A DNA stretch of 64,000 bases from Verrucomicrobiia bacterium (GTDB taxonomy: Bacteria; Verrucomicrobiota; Verrucomicrobiia; Limisphaerales; UBA1319). Shown piece after piece: positions 24,268 to 34,582 of this stretch; positions within the stretch are counted from its first letter, which is position 1, and every line of letters starts with the position of its first letter. A program made the position numbers and the translations under genes. The notes below the pieces were generated by a model that did not search any database, was not told the DNA's origin, and worked only from the letters and a program-made list of their open reading frames with translations. The stretch spans positions 160,001-224,000 of the forward strand of contig OY760937.1 in assembly GCA_963664225.1 (NCBI GenBank), given 5' to 3'.

Positions 24268-24867
24268 CATCACAGTGCCCCACACAATCAGCCCCAGCAA
24301 CACCAGCACGACCATCGTGGCCAGGATTTTCAACTGCCTGGCGCGCCGATGCATTCCCTGGATCTCCGCCTCCTGGTTCTGACGAAACATTTCCAGATGC
24401 TCCTCCATCGTGAGTCCCTGGGAGCTGAGGATCGTTTCGTCGGCAAACTTAAGCGTGATCCAGCGCCCGCGGACATCTCCAAAACCGGCGGGCATCCGTT
24501 CCAATTCCTCCGGCGTCGGCTCTTTGAACCCGATGAAGTGCTTCCAAAATGGGGCTTCTTCCAGCGTCCAAAACCGGACCAGTCCATGATTTCGGGCCAG
24601 CATCGTCACACGCTCCCAAAGCATGGGGCGCAAAGTTTCCTCCATCTCCGGGTGTAAAAAAGCCTCGCTATGCAAATGACCGTGGCGGACCATCATCGTC
24701 AAACCCACGGCGCCGAGCAACTCGCCTTTATCATCGAACACCACCTGAAACTCGATGAAGCGTTTCTCCAGTTCATCCGCAGGCAATTGCGCTTCCTTCC
24801 ATAAGGCGCGCAGCCACGGCACATCCTCAAACGTCGCCCGTCGGATAGAATAACTGGGTTGCTGCAT
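24232..24867 (-). CDS. Hypothetical GNAT-like protein with C-terminal TM helix
   Basis: IRRATFED start, GNAT-like pattern, hydrophobic C-terminus. Confidence 0.6.
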   Translation of the reverse strand: MQQPSYSIRRATFEDVPWLRALWKEAQLPADELEKRFIEFQVVFDDKGELLGAVGLTMMVRHGHLHSEAFLHPEMEETLRPMLWERVTMLARNHGLVRFWTLEEAPFWKHFIGFKEPTPEELERMPAGFGDVRGRWITLKFADETILSSQGLTMEEHLEMFRQNQEAEIQGMHRRARQLKILATMVVLVLLGLIVWGTVMLMRRNAGIPPR

Positions 24868-24956
24868 GTCTCCGACTCTATCGAATGCTCTGCGTCCCGT
24901 AAAGACTGGAGAAAAGGCGCGGATTTGGAGATTTGGGAGGATGCGCGGGGCGGGCT

Positions 24957-25811
24957 CTAAGATTCCTTATCCGTGGAGGACCGGATCTTAGCCTGGTGGA
25001 GTTTGTTGAGGATGTTCTGCAATTCCGAGTTATCGGGTGTCTCCACCTTTTTCGGCGGAGCCGGGGCAGGGGCCGGGGTCGGGGTCTCGGCCGTCTCAGG
25101 GGCGGATTGCTCCTCCACCGCACTGGGGTTTTCGGCTTCGGTTTCCAGCCGTTTGCGTGCTTTTTCGGCTGCGGCCGTGTCTGGATATTCCTCGACAATT
25201 CGCGTCAGCAATTCGCTCGCCTTTTTGGGCTTATTGAGTTTGCTGATGTAAAGATTGCACAAATGAATGGCCGTCCACCCCCATTGTTCCGCCGACAATT
25301 TTTGCTTGAGCACTTCCTCATACTCGAGCGCCGAGGCCAATGGATTGTGCAGATCTTTCTCGTAAATCTCGGCTATGCGGATGGCCACATGTTGTTCGTT
25401 GGGATTCTTCAGCAGGTAGCCCCGCATCAATTCAATCGCCTCCAGATGATTTCCATCCACCCACTTTTGCTCGGCGATCTCGTAATCCGTATCCTTGAAG
25501 CCTTCCCCTTCCTCGTTGAACAGGAATTTTCCAAAGCGATGCCCCACGTAATTGGACACTTCGTGACCCGCCATCAGGCCCAGTATGAGCACGGTGCCAA
25601 AGAATGCGCCGCCATATATGATGATATTTGAGAACTTGGCGCTGGAGGGCAGTTGATGCGCGACCACGTTATCCTTGTTGGCAGCCTCCTCGAGGTCCGC
25701 CGTCGTGCTCATCAATCGGTTGTAATTCTTGTGGAAACCGTGGAAAAAAAGACACGAAAGGACCAACAGCACCGTATAGACGGCGATCTTGATTATGTTG
25801 TTCACGGCCAT
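24957..25811 (-). CDS. Membrane-anchored TPR-like protein
   Basis: Two TM segments, helical repeats, EEYPDTAAA. Confidence 0.7.
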   Translation of the reverse strand: MAVNNIIKIAVYTVLLVLSCLFFHGFHKNYNRLMSTTADLEEAANKDNVVAHQLPSSAKFSNIIIYGGAFFGTVLILGLMAGHEVSNYVGHRFGKFLFNEEGEGFKDTDYEIAEQKWVDGNHLEAIELMRGYLLKNPNEQHVAIRIAEIYEKDLHNPLASALEYEEVLKQKLSAEQWGWTAIHLCNLYISKLNKPKKASELLTRIVEEYPDTAAAEKARKRLETEAENPSAVEEQSAPETAETPTPAPAPAPPKKVETPDNSELQNILNKLHQAKIRSSTDKES

Positions 25812-25883
25812 TCCGGGGGATTAAAAGCAATAACCGGACCAATTTAAAGGGAATAATTGTGGCTATTTAACAGGAACCCATCA

Positions 25884-26819
25884 TCAAAAAATTGCCGGAA
25901 CCCCCTCTTCCAGCATGCGCACATGCCGGATGATTCCGTTCTTATGGGCCAGTTCATTGAGCCAGCGGGGCGGTTCATCCATGTTCTCGAACGAGAGTCG
26001 GAAGCTTCCATAGTGCATCGGGACCAACCATTTGGAACCCAGGTCCTTAAAGACCTTGATGGCTTCGTCCGGTCCCATGTGTACCCGGCGTAATTCATCC
26101 GGCAGATACGCGCCAATGGGCAAGAGCGCAACCTCGGGTTTGCATCGTTTGCCAATCTCCTTGAATCCGTCCGAGTAGGCGGTGTCCCCCGCGTGATAAA
26201 CACTCCGGCCTTGATGCTCGACCACAAACCCGCCAAATCCGCGATGGGCATCGCGCAGCGTGCGGGCACCCCAGTGTTTGGATGGCGTTAACGTTACCTT
26301 CAGGTCGCCCTGCGTAAAGGTTTCCCACCACTTAAGCTCTATGATGCGCTCGAAACCCAGGCCTCGGGCCAAATCTCCCATTCCCCAGGGCATGATGGCC
26401 AGTTTGGGGGCGGGCAGTTTCCGCAGGGTGGGCTTATGAAAATGGTCGAAATGCGCATGCGTCAGAAGTACCAGGTCGATGGGTGGAAGGTCTTCGATCT
26501 TCATTCCGGCGCGTTTCACTCGCTTGAGCAAAAACAGCCAGTTCGCGAAATTGGGATCGAACAGGGCGTTTAAATCGTTGAATTGTAATAAGAAAGAAGC
26601 GTGACCGATCCACGTCAAGGCAAGCTGGCTCTCCTTCAAATTCGGAAACACCGGTCTCTTATGCTGACCGGTGCGCCGCATTAAGAGCGTTTTCCAGATC
26701 ATCTCCCGGAAAAACGTGCGCGGGTTGAAGGCGCGGGACGGCGTTAAATCCTTGAAGGATCGCGGTATCTGCCGCCTCGTTCGCCCTTTTACTGCCACTG
26801 CATCGGGATCCCAATTCAT
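25884..26819 (-). CDS. MBL-fold metallo-hydrolase (NAPE-PLD/RomA-like)
   Basis: WIGHAS, THAHFDH, YHAGDT, LLPIGAY, PMHYG. Confidence 0.88.
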   Translation of the reverse strand: MNWDPDAVAVKGRTRRQIPRSFKDLTPSRAFNPRTFFREMIWKTLLMRRTGQHKRPVFPNLKESQLALTWIGHASFLLQFNDLNALFDPNFANWLFLLKRVKRAGMKIEDLPPIDLVLLTHAHFDHFHKPTLRKLPAPKLAIMPWGMGDLARGLGFERIIELKWWETFTQGDLKVTLTPSKHWGARTLRDAHRGFGGFVVEHQGRSVYHAGDTAYSDGFKEIGKRCKPEVALLPIGAYLPDELRRVHMGPDEAIKVFKDLGSKWLVPMHYGSFRLSFENMDEPPRWLNELAHKNGIIRHVRMLEEGVPAIF

Positions 26820-26906
26820 ATCCGTGATAATGGGCAGATTACGCCCCTTTGAATAAATTACAAGGGGTGGCGTCGAACGCAATGAAGGTATAAAATAAAG
26901 GTTTAT

Positions 26907-27446
26907 ATGAAACCGATGATGAAAGTTACGATTTTAGCGCTCACACTCGCGGCCGTCGCGAGCTCTGGTTTTCAGAACGCTTATGCGGGAGACCGGGAGT
27001 GGGCCACCGCAGGCAAGGTTTTGACGGGCGTGGCTGTCGGGAGTCTGCTGGTGCGGGCCTTGGAACCCTGTCCGCCGCCGGTCTGTGCCCCCTTGGTTTG
27101 TGAGTCGCCACGCACGGTCTATATGGTTCCTCAGCAGACTACCGTGGTATATCAGCAACCGGTCGTTCAACAGGCCATGGTTCAAACCACGACCACCACG
27201 ACGGCGCCCAATGGTCAGCAAACGACGACCGTTGTCACTCAACCGACACAAACGATTGTCCAGTCCGCGCCCGTTTATGTGCAGCCCGCCCCGGTGGTAT
27301 ATGCCCCGGCGCCCGTTGTTTACGTGGCCCCCAGACCGGTGGTTACGGTGGGTTTTTGGGGTGGACCCTATTACGGCCCGCGCCCTTATTACGGTTACGG
27401 TCATGGTTATGGTCATGGATACAGCCGTGGGCACGGCCGCTGGTAA
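26907..27446 (+). CDS. Secreted Pro/Val/Gln-rich hypothetical protein
   Basis: Signal peptide, low-complexity PVVY and GYGH repeats. Confidence 0.7.
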   Translation: MKPMMKVTILALTLAAVASSGFQNAYAGDREWATAGKVLTGVAVGSLLVRALEPCPPPVCAPLVCESPRTVYMVPQQTTVVYQQPVVQQAMVQTTTTTTAPNGQQTTTVVTQPTQTIVQSAPVYVQPAPVVYAPAPVVYVAPRPVVTVGFWGGPYYGPRPYYGYGHGYGHGYSRGHGRW

Positions 27447-27759
27447 TATAAATAGCGCCACACGAAACATTTAAAACGAACCGGCCGCTTGGGGCATGGA
27501 ACAGGTCAAAAGAGCCTGTCCGATCCCAGGCGGCCTTTCTCTTTCCCGGGCAGTTGTTCTTTTGTCTCATTGGGTCAGGCGCGCCTGTCAATTTTAGCCG
27601 GTCACAAACCTTTTGCGGGGACTCATCTGATGTGTAAATAATTACTACACAATCACATGCAACCAAGAACAACCAGGTTGCTCAAAAGGTTGGAATTTTA
27701 TTGTCATGTCGCCCGGTGATGTTACATTGTTGTGAAGCATTAGGTTTTAGTTTGCAGTT

Positions 27760-27993
27760 ATGTCGTGTGACACAAACAACGCCGTTGACGGTAATAGTCT
27801 GTTAAGAAGCTCGTCCCTTTATCGGGAGTTTCAAGCTGAGCGGGAGGAAATCCTGCGTCATAAATGGCTTGAGTCCGAAAAAGCAGGCTACGATATCGGG
27901 TTCGAATGGGCCTTGACCGATTGGATCATCAAGCACCGATCCAAATGGAAAAAGAACCGCCAACTGGAAACCCACACCGCAGTCGCTGGCTGA
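27760..27993 (+). CDS. Small DUF4032-like protein
   Basis: EILRHKWLESEKAGYDIGFEWALTDW. Confidence 0.75.
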   Translation: MSCDTNNAVDGNSLLRSSSLYREFQAEREEILRHKWLESEKAGYDIGFEWALTDWIIKHRSKWKKNRQLETHTAVAG

Positions 27994-28091
27994 AATAACC
28001 CTTCCACGTAATTTTGGGAGGGCGGCGCTGAGAAGGTGGATGTGGGATTTTTGTTTTAATTTTTAACCGATGCCATATTCGATATTGCACT

Positions 28092-28637
28092 GTGTCCACC
28101 TTGACTTCAAAAAATAACCCCGTTTTAAACGCTCAGGAAATCCAGGAGGCCCTTCAGCGCCTGGCCGGGGAAATCATCCACAACAAGAATAATTCCGACG
28201 ACATGGTGTTGGTCGGAATACAACGCGGCGGGGTTCATCTTGCGGAACGTCTGAGCCTGATTTTCAAGGATAAATTCTCACGCCAGATTCCCGTGGGCAC
28301 TCTGGATGTGAACATGTACCGCGACGATTTGAACCAGCGCGCCGCGCCTCCCGTGCATCCGACCCTGATTCCCTTCGATATCACCGGCAAGGCTGTGGTT
28401 TTGGTGGATGACGTGTTATTCAAGGGGCGGACAGTGCGGGCGGCGATGGATGCGTTGAATGATTTTGGGCGGCCCCGTTGCATCGAGCTGGCGGTTTTGA
28501 TCGATCGCGGGCATCGGGAATTGCCCATTCGAGCGGATTTTGTGGGCCGGGCGGTTTCTACCGGGCCATTGGACAAAGTGGATGTCAGGTTGCGCGAGGA
28601 CGGCGATGCCGAGGGGGTCTTTCTTGTTTGTGCATGA
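28092..28637 (+). CDS. pyrR: Pyrimidine regulator / uracil phosphoribosyltransferase
   Basis: [32 protein letters not shown]. Confidence 0.95.
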   Translation: MSTLTSKNNPVLNAQEIQEALQRLAGEIIHNKNNSDDMVLVGIQRGGVHLAERLSLIFKDKFSRQIPVGTLDVNMYRDDLNQRAAPPVHPTLIPFDITGKAVVLVDDVLFKGRTVRAAMDALNDFGRPRCIELAVLIDRGHRELPIRADFVGRAVSTGPLDKVDVRLREDGDAEGVFLVCA

Positions 28638-29578
28638 TCTGGAATCGTAAACACTTGCTGGATATCGAATCGCTCTCGCCCGAGGAAATCAACCTCGTGC
28701 TGGACACCGCCCGGGCGTTCAAAGCCGTGGGAGAGCGGGCGATTAAAAAAGTGCCGGCTCTGCGGGGCAAAACCGTCATCAACCTGTTCGTCGAACCCTC
28801 CACGCGCACGCGCATCAGTTTTGAGCTGGCTGCCACGCGTTTAACTGCGGATATCGTTAATTTCTCGGCTGAAATTTCCTCCCTGCGCAAAGGGGAAACC
28901 CTCAAGGACACGGCGCGCAATCTCGAGGCGTTGAATGCGGATATCATCATCATCCGGCACAGCGCCGCCGGGGCGCCTCAATTCTTGTCCCGGGTGCTCA
29001 ATTCATGCGTGGTCAACGCCGGGGATGGCGCCCACGAACATCCCACACAGGCCTTGCTCGACGCCTTCACCATTCGCGAAAAGCGGGGCAAGCTGGCCGG
29101 ATTGAACGTCACCATCCTGGGCGATATTCTCTACAGCCGGGTGGCCCGTTCCAATATCTGGGCGCTCACGAAATTGGGGGCCAAAGTGACATTGTGCGGC
29201 CCTCCGACGCTGGTGCCCAAGGTGTTCGAGCAAATGGGTTGCCGGGTGGTTTATGATGTGAACGAGGCCATTGAAGGGGCGGACATCATTAATTTGCTGC
29301 GCATTCAGCACGAACGCCAGCGCAAGAGCATGTTCCCGAGTCTGGGTGAATACACCTCGCTTTTCGGTCTGAACAAGGAGCGCATGGCACGAACCAAACC
29401 CGACGTGATCATTATGCATCCCGGCCCGATCAACCGCGGCGTGGAGATCGACAGCGATGTGGCCGATTGCAGCCGCTCGGTGATTCTTGAGCAGGTGACC
29501 AACGGGCTGGCGGTGCGCATGGCCGTATTGTTTCTGGTCAATGGCGGCAAGGGCCCGCAAGAAGTCAGTGGGAATTGA
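28634..29578 (+). CDS. pyrB: Aspartate carbamoyltransferase catalytic subunit
   Basis: [36 protein letters not shown] overlap with pyrR. Confidence 0.96.
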   Translation: MIWNRKHLLDIESLSPEEINLVLDTARAFKAVGERAIKKVPALRGKTVINLFVEPSTRTRISFELAATRLTADIVNFSAEISSLRKGETLKDTARNLEALNADIIIIRHSAAGAPQFLSRVLNSCVVNAGDGAHEHPTQALLDAFTIREKRGKLAGLNVTILGDILYSRVARSNIWALTKLGAKVTLCGPPTLVPKVFEQMGCRVVYDVNEAIEGADIINLLRIQHERQRKSMFPSLGEYTSLFGLNKERMARTKPDVIIMHPGPINRGVEIDSDVADCSRSVILEQVTNGLAVRMAVLFLVNGGKGPQEVSGN

Positions 29579-29690
29579 CCGGGTCCAGTCACGAACCATC
29601 CTTCCCATCCATGTACGCGGTTGGCTGTTCGTTTTTTCTTCTCCATTATCCATTTTCCACCGCCCTCCGCCCTCCGCCCTCCGCTCTCTT

Positions 29691-30590
29691 TTAAAACACC
29701 TCAGCTTCGATCCCGGCGTCCGTCTTGATCTTCCGGGAGATTTGGGCCAGGGCTTGGAGTGGCAGATGATTGCAGCCCTCCACGGCGGTCGGTTGGTGGG
29801 CGGAGCAAACCAAAACACGTTGGATGATCGCCCCCGCGTCTCGCAATTCCGCCAGACGCCGCACATATTGGTCGATCTGCGCGGGTGGCGGTTCCTGGCC
29901 GTGCAGACAGGGGAACAGACTTTGAATCACCACCGGGCGCTGCCGCCCCAGAAGCAGCAAATTCTCCAATATCCGGCTTAAAGGGACCGAGGCGCGGTTG
30001 ATGGCATCCATGTATTCCTGGGTGCCCGCGTCCAATTTCACCCAAACCTCATCGGTCATGCTCAGCCTTTTAAATCCATCCTGTATGTGCGCCAGGTGCA
30101 GACCCGAGCCGTTGGTCATGACCACAATCCTAAAATACGGGTTCACGGAGCGCTGGTGAGCCAGGGTTTCCAGGGCTGCCGCAAAGTTGGGGCACAAGGT
30201 CGGTTCCCCGTCCCCGCTCACCGCCACGCCTTGAAAACGCAGCAGATCCCGGGGGACTTTTTGAAAAGCGGGCACACAAGTCAGATCGCCCTGCATCGCC
30301 TGTTCCAGCGCGCTGCGCAAGGCCGTCTCCAGCATCTTGAGATTCACCCCTTCGCCCGGGCTTATCCGGTTGCGGCGGACCTCGCAGTAAACGCAATTAA
30401 AATTGCATTCCCGGCCCGGATTGAGATTCACCCCCACCGTCAAACCGTGTGCGCGCTGGGAAATGGCCAGATAGACAAGCCGCTGCCCCAGAAAACAGCG
30501 CGGTTCTCCAAAGGTGGATTCGACACACCTACGGGTTGGTCGTGGTGGATGCCCGCTGTTTCCTCCGCTATCGTTGATTCTGGTGCCCAT
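29691..30590 (-). CDS. Radical SAM protein
   Basis: CNFNCVYC, SGDGEPT, KLDAG. Confidence 0.85.
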   Translation of the reverse strand: MGTRINDSGGNSGHPPRPTRRCVESTFGEPRCFLGQRLVYLAISQRAHGLTVGVNLNPGRECNFNCVYCEVRRNRISPGEGVNLKMLETALRSALEQAMQGDLTCVPAFQKVPRDLLRFQGVAVSGDGEPTLCPNFAAALETLAHQRSVNPYFRIVVMTNGSGLHLAHIQDGFKRLSMTDEVWVKLDAGTQEYMDAINRASVPLSRILENLLLLGRQRPVVIQSLFPCLHGQEPPPAQIDQYVRRLAELRDAGAIIQRVLVCSAHQPTAVEGCNHLPLQALAQISRKIKTDAGIEAEVF

Positions 30591-30934
30591 TCCCGAAACG
30601 AAGCCGCGCGGCAATACTGCCTCAGCCTCGATTGAAAATTACACCTTCTCCGCAAACCTGGCTTGTCAACGGTTGGCATTCCCTTGGCAATTATTGCTTT
30701 TCACGCACGCCTTGCACCGCACCAAAATTACTTTCCCCATCCGTGTCATCCGTCCTATCCGTGGTTGCCACGAGCGTGACCGTGCCGCATGTCTTCTCTC
30801 CCGCCCAGCGAGGCACGAGCGGGGAGGGAGCTGGAGGGAGGGGTCGCCAGAAGGTTCCTCCCATTCATCGATGCATTAAACCTCTTCTCCACTCTCTTTC
30901 TATAAAATCTATGTGCCTTTCGCAGTCCAAGTCT

Positions 30935-31930
30935 TTATGCCCGCGCGGAAATCTCCAGCATCCGCTCAATCGGCAGGCGGGCCTTTTGGATGATTTCATC
31001 GCTCAGTTCCACCTGTGGGCGCAGATCCACCATGCAATCGTAAAGCTTCTCGAGCGTATTCATCTTCATGAACTTGCATTCGTTGCAATGGCAGCTCTCG
31101 GTGGGCGCGGCAATGAACTTTTTGCCAGGGCACGTTTTTTCCAGCCGGTGAATCATCCCCGCTTCCGTGGCGATCAGAAACGTCGGGGCAGGGGATTGCT
31201 GGCAATAGGTGACCATGCGCTCCGTGGAGCAGACCTCATCGGCCAGTATCCGCACGGCCTTGGTGCATTCGGGGTGCGCCACCAGCGGTGCGCCGGGGTG
31301 CTCCCGACGCAGTCGGGAAATCGCCGCATGCGTGAACTCCACATGCACGTAGCAATTGCCTTTCCACAAGGTCATCGGACGCCCCGTCTGTTCCATCACC
31401 CAGGAACCCAGGTTCTCATCCGGCACGAACAGCAAATCCCGATCCTTGGGCGCGGCCTTGACGATCTTCACCGCATTGCCGCTGGTACAGATGACATCGC
31501 TCAGGGCTTTGACCGCCGCGCTGCAATTGATGTAGGCAATCGTGTAAAAATTGGGATTGGTCGCCTGAAACGCCTTCAATTTATCCGCCGGACAGCTTTC
31601 CTCCAGCGAACAACCCGCATCGCGATCCGGGAGAACCACGATTTTGCCCGGATTAAGAATCTTGGCCGTTTCAGCCATGAAATGGACGCCGCAAAAGACA
31701 ATGACCTGCGCGGGAGTCTTCGCCGCTTGTTGGGCCAGGCCCAGCGAGTCGCCCACATAATCCGCCACGTCCTGAATCTCGGGCACCTGATAGTTGTGCG
31801 CGAGAATGACCGCGTTAAGCTTGCGCTTCAACTCGAGTATCTCACGCGCCAACGTATCCAGTTTCTCTGGCGGAAGAGTTTTCCGCTCAATGGCTTTCAC
31901 TGCCTCTGTTATCTGCACTTCCATACTCAT
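30935..31930 (-). CDS. nadA: Quinolinate synthase
   Basis: ILAHNYQ, FCGVHFMAE, GCSL, CYVH, AHPEC, CKFMK. Confidence 0.96.
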   Translation of the reverse strand: MSMEVQITEAVKAIERKTLPPEKLDTLAREILELKRKLNAVILAHNYQVPEIQDVADYVGDSLGLAQQAAKTPAQVIVFCGVHFMAETAKILNPGKIVVLPDRDAGCSLEESCPADKLKAFQATNPNFYTIAYINCSAAVKALSDVICTSGNAVKIVKAAPKDRDLLFVPDENLGSWVMEQTGRPMTLWKGNCYVHVEFTHAAISRLRREHPGAPLVAHPECTKAVRILADEVCSTERMVTYCQQSPAPTFLIATEAGMIHRLEKTCPGKKFIAAPTESCHCNECKFMKMNTLEKLYDCMVDLRPQVELSDEIIQKARLPIERMLEISARA

Positions 31931-32124
31931 TGCCAAAACCTAATTCCCAGTGCCCCAGTCGTCAATTAGAAGCAACGACACCCGCACCGCCCGTCCTTAG
32001 TCCCGCAGGGACGCCCGAAAATAGCCCACCGTTTCAACGGTGGGTCTGGAGTTTGGCCCCGGACTAGACAAACCGCTGGTGGGATTATTATTTTGTTGCG
32101 CGTGGTCTAGTTATGTGACTAGAT

Positions 32125-32358
32125 ATGGCCACTATGGGTTATCCAACTAAAGTCCAGCTCATCCAACGCAAGCAAAGCCAGCAATGGTACATCAACTTCC
32201 CCTCCGCCATCGCCCAGGCCATGGATTTCGACAAGGGAGAGGATGTCCGGTGGACCATTGCCGACAAAGGTCACCTCATTCTCTCGCGCGACCAGGTCCC
32301 CCCCAACCCGGTCGCTTTAAAAAAAACGCCTCCCTCCTCGACCAAATCGAGGAGCTGA
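32125..32358 (+). CDS. IS OrfA, AbrB/MazE-like small DNA-binding protein
   Basis: INFPSAIAQAMDFDKGEDVRW swapped-hairpin pattern; ends after TTTAAAAAAAA run. Confidence 0.65.
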   Translation: MATMGYPTKVQLIQRKQSQQWYINFPSAIAQAMDFDKGEDVRWTIADKGHLILSRDQVPPNPVALKKTPPSSTKSRS

Positions 32359-33761
32359 TCGATCTATGTGCTCCCGGCTTCTCTTCCCCGCAGGCCTGGG
32401 CTCGGGGCCGCCGCCATCTGCTTTCCCAGTTGGTGTGCTTCGGCCGCCACACCATTACAGGGCTCTTGCGCAATCAAAACCGCACCCAACAGGATTGGAC
32501 GGCCGATTACCGCTTCTATTCCGAGGATCATTTCGACGAGGACTGGGTTTTCGACCGGATCCGCGCCCAAATCGAGCAGGACTTCCCGTCCAAGGATCCT
32601 CTGGTCGTGGCCATGGACGACTCGCTCTTGCGCAAAACCGGTCCGCGCATCTTTGGCTCCCGTTTTCAGCGTGATCCCTTGAGCCCCCCATTCCAGGTCA
32701 ACTTTGTCCGGGGTCTGCGGGTCCTGCAGATTTCTGCGGCCGTGCCGCTGGGCTCACAAGGGGCGGCACGGATGATTCCGGTGGACTTCCAGCATGCGGC
32801 CCTGCCCGCCAAGCCGCGCAAGGATGCCGCGCCAGAGCGCTGGGCCGCCTACCGGGAGCAACGGGCCAAAATGAATATCAATGTGGCGGGCCGCAATCGC
32901 CTGACCCACATGCGCCGGCAAATGGATCAAAGCGGTTCGAGCCAGCGGCCGCTGATTGCCACCCTCGATGGCCGCTTCACCAATGGCACCGTTCTGGGGC
33001 AGATTCCGGAGCGGACCACCCTCATTGGCCGCGTGCGCAAGGACTCGGCCTTTTACTTTCCCCCGACAGGGCAGGCCGCGCACGGCCGCAAACGCAAGTA
33101 TGGGGCCCACTGCCCCACGCCGGAACAACTGCTCAAGGACCCGGCCCAACCCTGGCAAACCGTGGAGGCCTTTGCGGCAGGCAAACGCTACCAGTTCCGG
33201 GTCAAAACCCTGGCGCCCGTCTACTCGCAGATGGACAAGGCCGGCCACTCCCTGCGTCTGGTCGTCATCGAGCCGGTGGCTTACCGCCGTACCAGGTCCA
33301 GCAAGCTGGAACGGCGCGAACCGGCTTTTCTCATCTGCACTGATCTGAATCTGCCCCTGGAAAAGGTGGTGCAGTTTTATCTCTGGCGATGGGATATCGA
33401 AGTCAACTTCCGGGATGAGAAAACTCTTCTGGGGGTCGGACAGGCCCAGGTTCGGTCCGAGGCTTCCAATCAGAATGCCCCGGCGCTGGCCGTGGCAGCC
33501 TACGCGCTACTGCTCCTGGGCGCCGTCAAAACCTACGGTGCCGACGGCCAGCCGGAGACCTTCAAACGCCCGTGCTGGTACAAACGTAAGCCCGGCCAGA
33601 GAGCCACAACCAACGAATTAATCACGCAATTGCGTTATGAACTTTGGGCTACAGCCCTAACCACCCATTTTCTGCCGCTCTCATCAAATACCATTCCCAC
33701 CCAGAACGGCAGAAAATGCGATCCACCACTAGAAGCCGCCATCTTTCTAAGTCTTAACTGA
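32316..33761 (+). CDS. DDE transposase (OrfB, -1 frame to OrfA)
   Basis: AMDDS, LDGRF, YLWRWDIEVNFRDEK (Y-2-R-3-E-6-K); start set at the slippery site. Confidence 0.88.
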   Translation, partial: FKKNASLLDQIEELIDLCAPGFSSPQAWARGRRHLLSQLVCFGRHTITGLLRNQNRTQQDWTADYRFYSEDHFDEDWVFDRIRAQIEQDFPSKDPLVVAMDDSLLRKTGPRIFGSRFQRDPLSPPFQVNFVRGLRVLQISAAVPLGSQGAARMIPVDFQHAALPAKPRKDAAPERWAAYREQRAKMNINVAGRNRLTHMRRQMDQSGSSQRPLIATLDGRFTNGTVLGQIPERTTLIGRVRKDSAFYFPPTGQAAHGRKRKYGAHCPTPEQLLKDPAQPWQTVEAFAAGKRYQFRVKTLAPVYSQMDKAGHSLRLVVIEPVAYRRTRSSKLERREPAFLICTDLNLPLEKVVQFYLWRWDIEVNFRDEKTLLGVGQAQVRSEASNQNAPALAVAAYALLLLGAVKTYGADGQPETFKRPCWYKRKPGQRATTNELITQLRYELWATALTTHFLPLSSNTIPTQNGRKCDPPLEAAIFLSLN

Positions 33762-33876
33762 TCGTAAGGGGGCCAAACTCCAGGCCCACCGTTTCAACGG
33801 TGGGTTCATCGGCAAACGCGTCCACCCAAGTCCCGCCAGGGACGAAAGAAAATCTCTTCCCCAATTCATCGCCCAT

Positions 33877-34323
33877 TCATTCCAAATCCTGCGCCACATA
33901 CACCATCCCGTGCTTTTTCAAGAACGCTTCGACTTCCTCCTTAAACGTCATCCTGTGATGATGCCCGGCCTGGCCTTGAATGTATTGGGTCGTATCCTCG
34001 ACGCCGGAGATGCCGATGCTGAAAGCTCCATAACCCTCCTGCCATTCGAAATCCCGATGTTCCTTGAACGTGTCATGAACCCATTTCGATGAATTTCCTT
34101 TGAGAAGCTGGACGGTCTTCGCCACCGAAAGCGTCGAAGGAATCGACATGAGCACATGCACATGATCCTCCACACCGCCGATCACGAGCGTCTTTATTTT
34201 GTTTTCGCGGGCAATGCCGCCGAGGTAGGGCCAGAGGCGTTGTTGCATCTCGGATTTAATGACCGGGCGGCGTTCCTTGGTCGCCCACACACAATGCATC
34301 AGACAACTGGCGAATGAATGCAT
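33877..34323 (-). mobile_element. tnpA: IS200/IS605-type Y1 transposase (tnpA only) flanked by REP-like hairpins
   Basis: HCVWATKER, EDHVH, WQEGYGAFS, YIQGQ. Confidence 0.88.
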
Positions 34324-34339
34324 GATGAATCTTTCGTTA

Positions 34340-34521
34340 TCTTTCGTCCCTGACGGGACTCATTTTGTTTCTTACTTTAACCCAGCGATAAATCGCTGGG
34401 CTATTATCGAGCGTCCCTACGGGACTTGAATTCAGACACCGTGCGCATTCGTGCCATTCCAGCAATAAATCGCCGGGATACCGTTAACCGCCTCCACCTA
34501 AGTCCCGTCAGGGACGAAAGA
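34340..34521. repeat. REP-like hairpin cluster, inverse of the 31999-33849 flank
   Basis: gtccctgacgggact, cccagcgataaatcgctggg, gtccctacgggact, agtcccgtcagggacgaaaga. Confidence 0.8.
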
Positions 34522-34582
34522 TATTATTCCAAACCTCGTTCGACTTATTTATCCCCATTTCCATCATGCCAAACCGCACGGC

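Larger units (their letters stand above)
32046..33783 (+). mobile_element. IS4/IS701-like insertion sequence, 1738 bp, 15-bp TIRs, 22-bp direct repeats
   Basis: TIR ctggagtttggcccc (32046-32060) / ggggccaaactccag (33769-33783); DR gcccaccgtttcaacggtgggt at 32024-32045 and 33784-33805. Confidence 0.92.

Noticed and set aside
27994..28091. PyrR-binding attenuator
   Set aside because: No ARUCCNGNGAGGYU-like loop or clear terminator/antiterminator seen
33806..34560. IS605-type tnpB/omegaRNA system
   Set aside because: No tnpB or iscB ORF next to tnpA
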